Origin: an uncultured Thermoplasmata archaeon
GTDB taxonomy: Archaea > Thermoplasmatota > Thermoplasmata > JAGHBH01
Direction of reading: 5' to 3'
Length of the DNA stretch: 64,000 nt
NCBI GenBank assembly: GCA_964601625.1
Contig: CAZROC010000003.1
Span: 31,681 to 95,680, forward strand
Each line of letters opens with the position of its first letter. The stretch's first letter is position 1. Positions 8,309 to 15,726 of this stretch are shown in pieces. Both the position numbers and the translations under genes were made by a program. The notes beneath the pieces are model-generated. The model saw nothing but the letters and a program-made list of their open reading frames with translations. It was not told where the DNA came from and did no database searches.

Positions 8309-9247
8309 TCACTCGTTTGTCGGGAGATACGGGAGTAGCGCTTCCACAAAGGCCGGCAGTTGCCTGGTCTGGAGCAAAATGGTGCCCGGGCCAACAAAAT
8401 CAACCACGAGCCCCTCTCCGCTGAGCAACGTTGACTTCAAGCCGCCCACCCTGCGAATATTATACTGTATGTTGTCCGGCCATGCCACAAGATGCCCGTT
8501 GTCCACGCTCAACACCTCTCCCGGGGCGAGTTTTCTCTCCCATATCGCGCCGAAAGATGACACCCAGAGGGTGCCCGTCCCCGTGGCGTGGAGCATAAAA
8601 AACCCGCCCTCGGCTATGAGCCCCCTCAGGCCCTGCCAGTTCGTGTCTATAGTCACAGTTGGAGATGAAGCCAGATAGGCACCCTTCTGCAGTATCACAC
8701 CCCCCATCCCGGTGAGTTCTATACCCACCATGTCTCCGAGACCGGGGCCTACCAGGGAGAGTTCTCCGGGCGCTTCCTGAGCGGTGAACGTGTTTATGAA
8801 AAATGATTCCCGTCCCAGAGCGGCGACTTTGATGCTTTTCAAAATCCCCTTCGCCCTTTTCTGCGTCTGGATGGATATCGTCCTGCTCATGGTCACCATA
8901 GCACCGGTCTCAGCCATTATGCTCTGGCCCGGCTGTAGGTTGAACCTTAACATCGTAAAAGAGGGATCTCCTATCTTTTCAAACTCGTACCCATCCCTGG
9001 TCACCCCCTTTTTCTCGTTTATGACGGTGAACTCCATGCTCCCACCGCCCTGAGACGGAGGCGTTGACATGGGCTGGGGGGTTGGTGGCCGGGCGGGGGG
9101 ATACTGCGGCGGAGGCTGCTGGTAGCCCGGGTACTGTCCACCATATCCTGGCTGTGGAGCCATCTGCGGCTGCTGAACTGGGAAACCACATCTGGGACAG
9201 TTTATATAACCAGGGGGTATCTCTGTTCCACACCTTGGACATCTCAT
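8309..9247 (-). CDS. AIM24/DUF124-family protein with an N-terminal zinc ribbon and a P/Q/G/Y-rich linker
   Basis: ORF 8309-9310. I moved the start to ATG 9247 (MRCPRCG), which is preceded by AAGGAG. A TATA-like TTTTTTATAC lies upstream, inside the longer ORF version. The C-terminal about 230 aa are AIM24-like (GQSIMAETGAMV..). Confidence 0.65.
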   Translation of the reverse strand: MRCPRCGTEIPPGYINCPRCGFPVQQPQMAPQPGYGGQYPGYQQPPPQYPPARPPTPQPMSTPPSQGGGSMEFTVINEKKGVTRDGYEFEKIGDPSFTMLRFNLQPGQSIMAETGAMVTMSRTISIQTQKRAKGILKSIKVAALGRESFFINTFTAQEAPGELSLVGPGLGDMVGIELTGMGGVILQKGAYLASSPTVTIDTNWQGLRGLIAEGGFFMLHATGTGTLWVSSFGAIWERKLAPGEVLSVDNGHLVAWPDNIQYNIRRVGGLKSTLLSGEGLVVDFVGPGTILLQTRQLPAFVEALLPYLPTNE

Positions 9248-9383
9248 ATAAACACGCTCCTTTCTGTTTTGTACATAGAGTTTCAGAGTATAAAAAACAG
9301 TCGCACACACCCCCCAACACAGTAAGGGTTATATATCCGGCTGTTAAATAACGCCCTGCCAGAGGATTCATCTGCTCATAACC

Positions 9384-9460
9384 GGGCTCGTGGTCTAGCT
9401 GGTTATGACGTCGCCTTGACACGGCGGAGGTCCCCGGTTCGAATCCGGGCGAGCCCACCA
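9384..9460 (+). tRNA. tRNA-Val (anticodon GAC), CCA encoded
   Basis: Manual cloverleaf: acceptor GGGCTCG/CGAGCCC, anticodon stem TCGCC/GGCGG, loop TTGACAC, T-arm CCCGG-TTCGAAT-CCGGG, discriminator A + CCA. TATA-like TTAAATAA at 9344-9351. Confidence 0.9.
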
Positions 9461-9506
9461 ACTACCCCATTGCTTATATTACCCGTGCAAGCCCAGATGA
9501 GACAGA

Positions 9507-9566
9507 GGAACACGTCAGTGTTCCTTGAACGAATCCGGGCGAGCCCACTTTTATGACAGTGAAAAG
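9507..9566 (+). repeat. Module of hairpin, TTGAAC, an 18-nt copy of the tRNA-Val 3' end, and a T4 hairpin
   Basis: Hairpin GGAACAC(9507-13)/GTGTTCC(9518-24), then TTGAAC. GAATCCGGGCGAGCCCAC(9531-48) is identical to 9441-9458. A second hairpin follows, CTTTT(9548-52)/AAAAG(9562-66). Confidence 0.55.
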
Positions 9567-9593
9567 GCGTAAAGACATCGTTCGGGCATACGC

Positions 9594-9603
9594 TTAAATA
9601 AAA
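9594..9603 (+). promoter_or_regulatory. TATA-like box for ORF 9632
   Basis: TTAAATAAAA lies about 30 nt upstream of ATG 9632. Confidence 0.35.
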
Positions 9604-9631
9604 TGTTGTTTAAGTATGACCCGATGCCGTT

Positions 9632-9952
9632 ATGAAAAGCGTGGACCTTAAATGGACCCCCTCTCAGCGCTTTCTGAGCATTGAGAAAAAGGATGTTGTG
9701 AAACCGGACGAGTTCTACGATGCGTTGCTTGAGTGTTTGACATGGGCGATGGGGGGTTCCAGGGATTTTGCCAGGATGACGCTTCAGAAGAAGATGGGGG
9801 ACCTGGGTATATCTGTTGAAACACTTCGGAGGGATGACGCAATCTCTCTGTTGAAAATTCTGCGGGAGGAGGCGCTCAAGTTCCGCCCCAGGGACGTGGT
9901 TGATCACAACTTCAACAAGCTGATGAGAATAGCCAGGAAATGTGAGTGCTAG
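9632..9952 (+). CDS. Hypothetical protein (106 aa), no family recognised
   Basis: Clean ORF with an ATG start and an appropriately spaced TATA-like box. It lies between the 3' ends of tRNA-Val and tRNA-Leu. Confidence 0.4.
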   Translation: MKSVDLKWTPSQRFLSIEKKDVVKPDEFYDALLECLTWAMGGSRDFARMTLQKKMGDLGISVETLRRDDAISLLKILREEALKFRPRDVVDHNFNKLMRIARKCEC

Positions 9953-10000
9953 CGGGTGCAGAGGGCCCGTTCGGGTGTGTGGAATGAGCGGGTGTGGAAT

Positions 10001-10129
10001 GGTAGGATTTGATTCGGAGGAATCCTTTGGATTTGTATCCCTTTCCTCAAACCCGCCCCAGTAGTCGGTCCGGTTGATTTTGTTTATACGGGGTGGGATT
10101 TGATTCGGAGGAATCCTCCGGATTCCTCC
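10001..10129 (-). repeat. Two units, about 91 nt apart, that repeat the T-loop/T-stem/acceptor part of tRNA-Leu plus a hairpin
   Basis: GGTAGGATTTGATTCGGAGGAATCCT (10001-26) versus GGTGGGATTTGATTCGGAGGAATCCT (10092-117). GGGGTGGGATTTGA at 10090-103 is identical to tRNA positions 10183-196. Hairpin GGAGGAATCC(10107-16)/GGATTCCTCC(10120-29). Confidence 0.55.
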
Positions 10130-10174
10130 TCTCCAATCCCACGCCCCTACGGGTAATGGTCTCCGTTGGTTAAT

Positions 10175-10262
10175 TGGTGCAGGGGGTGGGATTTGAACCC
10201 ACGGACCCCTATGGGACGGGATCTTAAGTCCCGCGCCGTTGGCCAGGCTTGGCTACCCCTGC
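10175..10262 (-). tRNA. tRNA-Leu (anticodon TAA), long variable arm, CCA encoded
   Basis: Reverse complement reads GCAGGGG..CGGGA-CTTAAGA-TCCCG..variable arm..GTGGG-TTCAAAT-CCCAC-CCCCTGC-A-CCA. Confidence 0.9.
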
Positions 10263-10266
10263 GCTT

Positions 10267-10740
10267 TTATTCATTTTTATCGGTAGATAGCACCTCGGGG
10301 AAGGTTATGACCGCCTCTGCAAACAGGACGCCTCTTAAACTCTTTATCTGGTCTCCCAGGTGGTATATGTCTCTTATTTTTCCAATGCATGCTATTATTT
10401 CCATGCAGAGCGAGTGGCTGAGATGTACGTGCATGTTAGCCTTTATGTCCACGGGCGTGTCGTGCTGGATGGACAGGAGCTTCTCCGTCAGTTCACGCTG
10501 GTGGTGGTCGTACAAAAAGGTTATCGTCCCCGCGCCTTCCCTCTCTTCTTCTGCTACGGCTTTTTCGTTCAGTTTTTCCCTTATGAGGTCCCGGATCGCC
10601 TCGCTCCGGCTCCTGTAACCCTCTTGTTCTATGTGTGTATCAAATTTCTGGAGGAGAACTGGTTCAAGTGAGACGCCAAATCTCACAACGCCTTTTTGTT
10701 CTTCCCTTTTTTTTTGTCCGTGTTCTTTGTTGTGCTTCAT
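10267..10740 (-). CDS. nikR: Nickel-responsive transcriptional regulator NikR
   Basis: Ribbon-helix-helix N-terminus (VVRFGVSLEPVLLQKFD..GYRSRSEAIRDLIR) plus a C-terminal nickel-binding domain (HxxH.., HVHL..C). I moved the start to ATG 10740. A T/A-rich box lies upstream. Confidence 0.85.
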   Translation of the reverse strand: MKHNKEHGQKKREEQKGVVRFGVSLEPVLLQKFDTHIEQEGYRSRSEAIRDLIREKLNEKAVAEEEREGAGTITFLYDHHQRELTEKLLSIQHDTPVDIKANMHVHLSHSLCMEIIACIGKIRDIYHLGDQIKSLRGVLFAEAVITFPEVLSTDKNE

Positions 10741-10810
10741 GTGACTAAGAAAGTAGATGTAAAATAAAAAGGTGTGGTCCGATAAGACCGGCAAACAGTT
10801 ATTCCAAACA

Positions 10811-10820
10811 TTTTAAATAT
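10811..10820 (+). promoter_or_regulatory. TATA-like box
   Basis: TTTTAAATAT lies about 29 nt upstream of ATG 10844. Confidence 0.4.
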
Positions 10821-10843
10821 GACGATGTAGTTTTGTAAAATTG

Positions 10844-11473
10844 ATGGTGGAAAATAGGGTGAAAAGGCCCCACCGTAGCCTGCTGAAAAGTTTCGCTCTC
10901 TCCTCTTCTCTATTGCTGGCTTTTCTTACTCTGTCCTTTTTTTCTCCCACATCTGAGGGCGGGTCTCTGTTGGTCTCTGCGACCCCATCCTCTTTTTATG
11001 TAGATGACACACCGGCCACTCTTTACCTGAACTTAACAATAGAGGCGTCACTTCGCCCCGGTACCTCTCTTGACCTGACCGTTGATCCGGAGATAGAAAA
11101 CTGGACGACCTATGCATCTCCAGAAGAAGTCACTCTTACCTTTAGAGAGCCTGAGGCGACTGTGATGGTCGTGGTCATTGTCCCGGAGAATGTGAGTGAT
11201 GGCGACTATGAGCTCAGGGTTTATATCAACGGCACGTGGTATTCGGCCAGCGGCGTGTCCAGCACTACGTCGGGTGTTGTGATTGTCCCAATAAGCGTGG
11301 CCTCTGAGCAGGTGACCGCCACCAACCCTCTCTCAGAAGAATACCGTGACCACGGCGGCGTGCTGAGCTATGGAGTAGCCTCTTTTACGATTATCGTGGT
11401 TATCGCCTCAACGCTTTACATGGCCAGGAAGAACAGAAATAATGGGAAAACAGGGCAGGGGGCCGGGCGGTAG
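10844..11473 (+). CDS. Exported, C-terminally membrane-anchored hypothetical protein
   Basis: N-terminal hydrophobic signal/anchor (LLLAFLTLSFF) and a C-terminal TM (VASFTIIVVIASTLY) with a basic tail. Several N-x-S/T sequons. The track start is TTG 10841; ATG is at 10844. Confidence 0.5.
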   Translation: MVENRVKRPHRSLLKSFALSSSLLLAFLTLSFFSPTSEGGSLLVSATPSSFYVDDTPATLYLNLTIEASLRPGTSLDLTVDPEIENWTTYASPEEVTLTFREPEATVMVVVIVPENVSDGDYELRVYINGTWYSASGVSSTTSGVVIVPISVASEQVTATNPLSEEYRDHGGVLSYGVASFTIIVVIASTLYMARKNRNNGKTGQGAGR

Positions 11474-11490
11474 CGAAATAGCGATGGGGG

Positions 11491-12783
11491 CTATCTCTTT
11501 TTCACCTGTGTCACGTGGGTGCTGCACGAGATGCACGGGTCATATGCTCTGACGTTCATCTCTATGGCCATCTGGATTTCATCGTAGCCCCTGTCAGATA
11601 CGAGGGGTACGAGGGCTTCTATGTCCTCTTCAAGGTTTTTCCAGTTCTGGGCCGTGGGGGTAATTATGTCAGCCTCTTCCACAATTCCCTTTTCGTTCAC
11701 CAGATAGGAGTGGTATAGTGTGCCACGGGGCGCTTCTACCGCAGAGTGGCCCCACCCGTGTTTTTTCATGTCCATCTCCGGCCTTTTCTCCCGGAGGTCC
11801 ATGCACTCAAGATCGTCCAGGATGCGTATGCTTTCGTGGAAGCAGTGGAGTGTCTCAACCGCCTGGGCGAAGTTGTTAAGGAAGGGGTTTGTGGCCGGGA
11901 ATCTTATCGGCGTCTTCTCCACGGCCTCTTTTGCCTCGTCGCAGAGATGGTCGTAGTTCAGATTGAGCCTTGCCAGGGCGCCCACCATGAAACCGTGGCC
12001 GTTTCTTACGCCGAACTTGGCGGTGGAATACGGAACAACTGCCTCTGTTATGTACTCGCGATACCTGTTTATGGGGGCGGTCCACCCCTCACTTGAGCGT
12101 ATGACGGTTTTTTCTCCGCCGTAGAAACAGAACTCTTCGGGGTCGTAGAGGGCGATGTACTCCGTTTTTCTTTCAAGAGGCGGGTTTTCCAGGCCGCCGA
12201 AAATTTCAACGGTCTTTTCAGCCCAGGGAAGGAGGTCAAGCACTCTCTTTTTGAGGGAGTGGAGATGACTCTTTTTGGGAACATAGGTGAGTCCGCCAAC
12301 CATGGGCGTTATCAGATGGACCGCCCTGCCACCAACGACCTCCGCCATGTCGTTTCCCAGTTTTTTCATTTCCAGAGCCTTTTTCACAGCCTCGCCGTGC
12401 TCCTTTACCATGTGCACAACACTGGGATATCCCAGATAGTCCGGTAGAGCCAGCAGGTATATGTGCAAAACGTGGCTCTGGATGGTCTCTCCCATTATGG
12501 CGAGCTTTCTGAGCAAGACCGTCTGTTCGTCTGGCTGCACTCCAACAGCGTCCTCTATGGCCTTTATGCTGGCGATGAGGTGGCTGGCACTGCATATGGC
12601 ACATACCCGGGAGGCTATCTCAGGCGTCTCCACATAGTTTCGTCCCCGGAGAAACGCCTCAAACATGCGGCTCCCCTCAACCACCCTCATCTCAACCTTT
12701 CTGGCCCTGCCGTTTTCTATCTCAACGTAGATGTTACCGTGTCCCTCCACCCTGGCTATGTGCTCCACCGATATTTTCTTCAC
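11491..12783 (-). CDS. hydA: [NiFe] hydrogenase large (alpha) subunit, sulfhydrogenase / group 3b-like
   Basis: RVEGHG N-terminus, RVCAICSASH proximal Ni-binding motif, and C-terminal DPCISCSTH. Confidence 0.85.
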   Translation of the reverse strand: MKKISVEHIARVEGHGNIYVEIENGRARKVEMRVVEGSRMFEAFLRGRNYVETPEIASRVCAICSASHLIASIKAIEDAVGVQPDEQTVLLRKLAIMGETIQSHVLHIYLLALPDYLGYPSVVHMVKEHGEAVKKALEMKKLGNDMAEVVGGRAVHLITPMVGGLTYVPKKSHLHSLKKRVLDLLPWAEKTVEIFGGLENPPLERKTEYIALYDPEEFCFYGGEKTVIRSSEGWTAPINRYREYITEAVVPYSTAKFGVRNGHGFMVGALARLNLNYDHLCDEAKEAVEKTPIRFPATNPFLNNFAQAVETLHCFHESIRILDDLECMDLREKRPEMDMKKHGWGHSAVEAPRGTLYHSYLVNEKGIVEEADIITPTAQNWKNLEEDIEALVPLVSDRGYDEIQMAIEMNVRAYDPCISCSTHVTQVKKR

Positions 12784-13643
12784 TTGCCACCACCCCCCGA
12801 AGCGGAATTATTCTCACGTTTCCAGTCCAGTTTGAACCCTTTGCCCTCGGTGGCATAGATGCGGAACTTTCTCTCTATCGTTTCAGCATCAAGGCCATAC
12901 TCCTCCATGAGAGATACCTCCGAGGGGATGTTCGCCTGGTCAACGGGTCCACGGCACCCATCACACGGCTTTCCGAAGGTCGGACAGAGCGCACCACACC
13001 CACCCTGAGTCACCGGCCCCATACATATCTCGCCCGTCTCTTTGAAGATACATCTGTTTTCTCTCAGCCGGCACTCCCAGCACACCGGCACGGGGCGAAT
13101 AACACTCGTGCGCCCGACAGACAGATATTTCAGCGCCTCAAGAAACTCGTACTTGTTTATCGGACACCCGGGTATTTCCAAGTCAACCTGGACATACTCG
13201 CTCAGGGGCTTGCTGGGAAGATGCCTGTACACCAGTTCTGTGTCCCCGTAGACCACCCTGGCCCTCTCGTCTATTGGCACGTGATTTCCCGATGCCTGGA
13301 CCCCGCCGAAGCAGGCACATGAGCCAAGGGCCACGAGGAAACCCGCCCCCGCCCTTATCTCTCTGAGCTCTTCTATCTGGTGCTCGTTCGTTATTGAGCC
13401 CTCAACGAACGCTATGTCAACGTCGTATCCCCCCTCTCCCCCGCCCGGGCCCCGGATGGCCATCCTGAAAGACACCACATCAACCATGTTGAAAAGGTCC
13501 AGGAGCTCGTCTTCCAGGTCAAGTATGGAGAGCTGGCATCCAGCGCAGCCGCTGAAACTGTATATCCCGACCCTGGGTTTTTTGTCCCATGTCTTTTTCA
13601 GCCAGAGGGGGCCGCTGTTTTTATTCATGCCGCCTTCCGCCAT
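12780..13643 (-). CDS. hydD: [NiFe] hydrogenase small (delta) subunit
   Basis: Motifs GCAGCQLS and Fe-S cysteine clusters. I chose the start at ATG 13643, which overlaps the TGA of the upstream gene (TGATG). ATG 13628 is an alternative. There is a 4-nt overlap with hydA. Confidence 0.8.
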   Translation of the reverse strand: MAEGGMNKNSGPLWLKKTWDKKPRVGIYSFSGCAGCQLSILDLEDELLDLFNMVDVVSFRMAIRGPGGGEGGYDVDIAFVEGSITNEHQIEELREIRAGAGFLVALGSCACFGGVQASGNHVPIDERARVVYGDTELVYRHLPSKPLSEYVQVDLEIPGCPINKYEFLEALKYLSVGRTSVIRPVPVCWECRLRENRCIFKETGEICMGPVTQGGCGALCPTFGKPCDGCRGPVDQANIPSEVSLMEEYGLDAETIERKFRIYATEGKGFKLDWKRENNSASGGGGK

Positions 13644-14533
13644 CAGAGAGCCTCCGGGATGTTTTTTATCTCCGCATAGGTGAAAACAGGCCCGTCCATA
13701 CAGGTGTAAACAGGGCCCATCATGCAGTGTCCGCATTTCCCTATGCCACAGCGCATACGCCTCTCAAGGGTGGTTATTATCTGGTTCTCGGGAACACCCA
13801 TCTTACACAGGTCTTTTATCACAAAGCGGAGCATTATCGGGGGGCCGCTCACATAGGCCACCGTGTTTTTCACGTCCAGGTCTATCCTGTCCAACAGAGA
13901 GCCGACAACGCCAACGTTTCCGTCCCATCCGCTCTCAGCCCTGTCAACCGTGGTCAACACGCTAGCATCCATTTTTTTCCACCTTTCCAGGTCTTCCACA
14001 AAAACCATGTCGGATGGAGTCCTGGCACCATAAAGGACGTGAATTTTCCCAAAACGCTGCCTTATCTCCTCAACCTCAACGGCCTCTTTTATCACTCCAC
14101 GTATGGGTGCCAGGCCTATCCCACCCGCCACAAAGAGCAGGTCTCTGCCAGCGTGTTCCAGGAGCGGAAAACAGCGGCCGTAGGGGCCCCGTATCTGGAG
14201 GGTGTCCCCGGGCTTTTTTCTGTGCACTTCCGCCGTCAAAGAGCCGACAGATCTTATGCACATCTCAAACGTGTTTTTTTCCATGAGCGAAGGGTGGGGC
14301 GAGGACGCTATGGATATGGGCGCTTCCTCAAACCCGAAAACAGAGACCTCCACAAACTGGCCAGGTCGGTAGCAGAACTCTCCGCCGATTTTTTCAGCCA
14401 CGCCATCGGGGACAGCGAGGGTGAACAGTTTCGTGTCTCCACGCCTGTTTATATCCCTTACATCCTTTATGACCGCCTCAAAGGGCAGGAAGGCGTTTTC
14501 CCCCTCTTTTTCGCACCTGTTTTTTCCGCTCAA
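13643..14533 (-). CDS. hydG: Hydrogenase gamma subunit (FAD/NAD(P)-binding, 2Fe-2S; PyrK/AsrB-like)
   Basis: Ferredoxin-reductase-type fold (RPGQFVEV, LLFVAGGIGLAPI) and C-terminal CGIGKCGHC..C. Confidence 0.8.
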   Translation of the reverse strand: MSGKNRCEKEGENAFLPFEAVIKDVRDINRRGDTKLFTLAVPDGVAEKIGGEFCYRPGQFVEVSVFGFEEAPISIASSPHPSLMEKNTFEMCIRSVGSLTAEVHRKKPGDTLQIRGPYGRCFPLLEHAGRDLLFVAGGIGLAPIRGVIKEAVEVEEIRQRFGKIHVLYGARTPSDMVFVEDLERWKKMDASVLTTVDRAESGWDGNVGVVGSLLDRIDLDVKNTVAYVSGPPIMLRFVIKDLCKMGVPENQIITTLERRMRCGIGKCGHCMMGPVYTCMDGPVFTYAEIKNIPEAL

Positions 14534-15534
14534 ACCGACCCACCTCCCAGGTCTCTGACTATTTCGTCAATGGCTATCCCGGCGGGGCAGTCCCGTACAC
14601 ACCTGCCGCATCCGACACACAGGTGCTGGCCGTTTCTTTCCATGAAATACCAGAGCTTGTGGTTCACCCACTGCTGCAATCTCTGCCTGCGCCTCGCCCT
14701 GAAATTCCCCCCACCGGCCACAGCGGAGAAATCAACGAAATGACAGCCGTCCCATGCCCGCTCACGGCTCCCCCCGTCCATGGTGTTCGCTATGTGGTCT
14801 TCCAGCTCATAGCAGTAGCAGGTGGGACAGTTTATGTTGCACGCTCCACAGCTCAGACACCTCTCAGCGTATTTTTCCCAGACCTCAGAGTTGAAACCGT
14901 TCCGGAGCAAATGTGCGACCTTTTCTCTGTCTATCTTTCTCTCCTGTGCAAACGATGGCTCTGGCGGCGGGGCGGCGTCCTCCAGGATCGTGGTCAGGGA
15001 CTCAAAAACCTCTCTGCCTTTTTCCGTTCCAGGTTCCACCACAAAACCCCCGTCCCCGGGAGTCATTTTCAGGTCATATATGGGCGGTGGAACATTCGTC
15101 CCCATGGAGACGCAGAAAGAGTGGTCTCCGCACGGCTCAACACACACAAGACACACGACAAGGGTGTTCTCACGCCTCGCTTTGTAGTAGGGATCGGGGT
15201 ACTCTCCCCCGGCGACGATGTCCAGGCGCTGGAGTGCGTGGAGGTCACAGCTCCTTACGCCCAGCAACACCCTCTTCGTGGAGTCCAGGTTTTCTTCTAC
15301 TCTCCCGTCTCCGTGAAAGACCAGCAGTTTCTCCCTTGGAGGAAAAAAGTATTTTTTGGGAGGCATGAGGGTGTTCGTGTAATTCCACGCCACATCCCCG
15401 GGCTTCTCTATCTCCGAAAAAACGTATTCGCCAGGCCGCCTCTCAACCGGCGCACACACAGTGCCGTACTCAGAGAGCGTTTCAACGAAACGCGGGAGGT
15501 CTGCGGTTTTAATCAACCCGACAGGCTGGGACAC
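14530..15534 (-). CDS. hydB: Hydrogenase beta subunit (4Fe-4S, AsrA-like)
   Basis: Motifs CLSCGACNINCPTCYC and CVGCGRCVRDCP. The B-G-D-A order with overlapping stops and starts matches sulfhydrogenase operons. Confidence 0.8.
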   Translation of the reverse strand: MSQPVGLIKTADLPRFVETLSEYGTVCAPVERRPGEYVFSEIEKPGDVAWNYTNTLMPPKKYFFPPREKLLVFHGDGRVEENLDSTKRVLLGVRSCDLHALQRLDIVAGGEYPDPYYKARRENTLVVCLVCVEPCGDHSFCVSMGTNVPPPIYDLKMTPGDGGFVVEPGTEKGREVFESLTTILEDAAPPPEPSFAQERKIDREKVAHLLRNGFNSEVWEKYAERCLSCGACNINCPTCYCYELEDHIANTMDGGSRERAWDGCHFVDFSAVAGGGNFRARRRQRLQQWVNHKLWYFMERNGQHLCVGCGRCVRDCPAGIAIDEIVRDLGGGSV

Positions 15535-15726
15535 GGGGTCACTCTCCTCTTCTTTGGCGGGGACAGAGGAGTATTATAAAAACCGTTGCCCGGTTGTGCG
15601 GGAGAGATGCACACATGAGCACGGTAAAAAAACGGTGATGGCCGAGGACAAAAAGAGGAGGACAAAATATATATTCAACGTGTGGCACATAAACATAAAA
15701 TGCAAACAAGTTCTGGAGGCGCCAAG

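Noticed and set aside
8295-8678. 127-aa plus-strand ORF after the DAO-family gene
   Set aside because: It is antisense to the AIM24-family gene, which has a recognisable domain. It has a TTG start and no features.
9441-10196. CRISPR array or integrated provirus between tRNA-Val and tRNA-Leu
   Set aside because: There are only 2-3 repeat copies, derived from the tRNA genes themselves, with no regular repeat-spacer periodicity and no cas genes. The region has no integrase, and its only gene is one 106-aa ORF. An intact mobile element cannot be claimed.
13589-15579. Plus-strand ORFs 13589-14743 (384 aa) and 14623-15579 (318 aa)
   Set aside because: They are antisense to hydG and hydB, which carry clear cofactor motifs. 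The plus-strand translations have no recognisable features. GC-rich antisense frames are often open.
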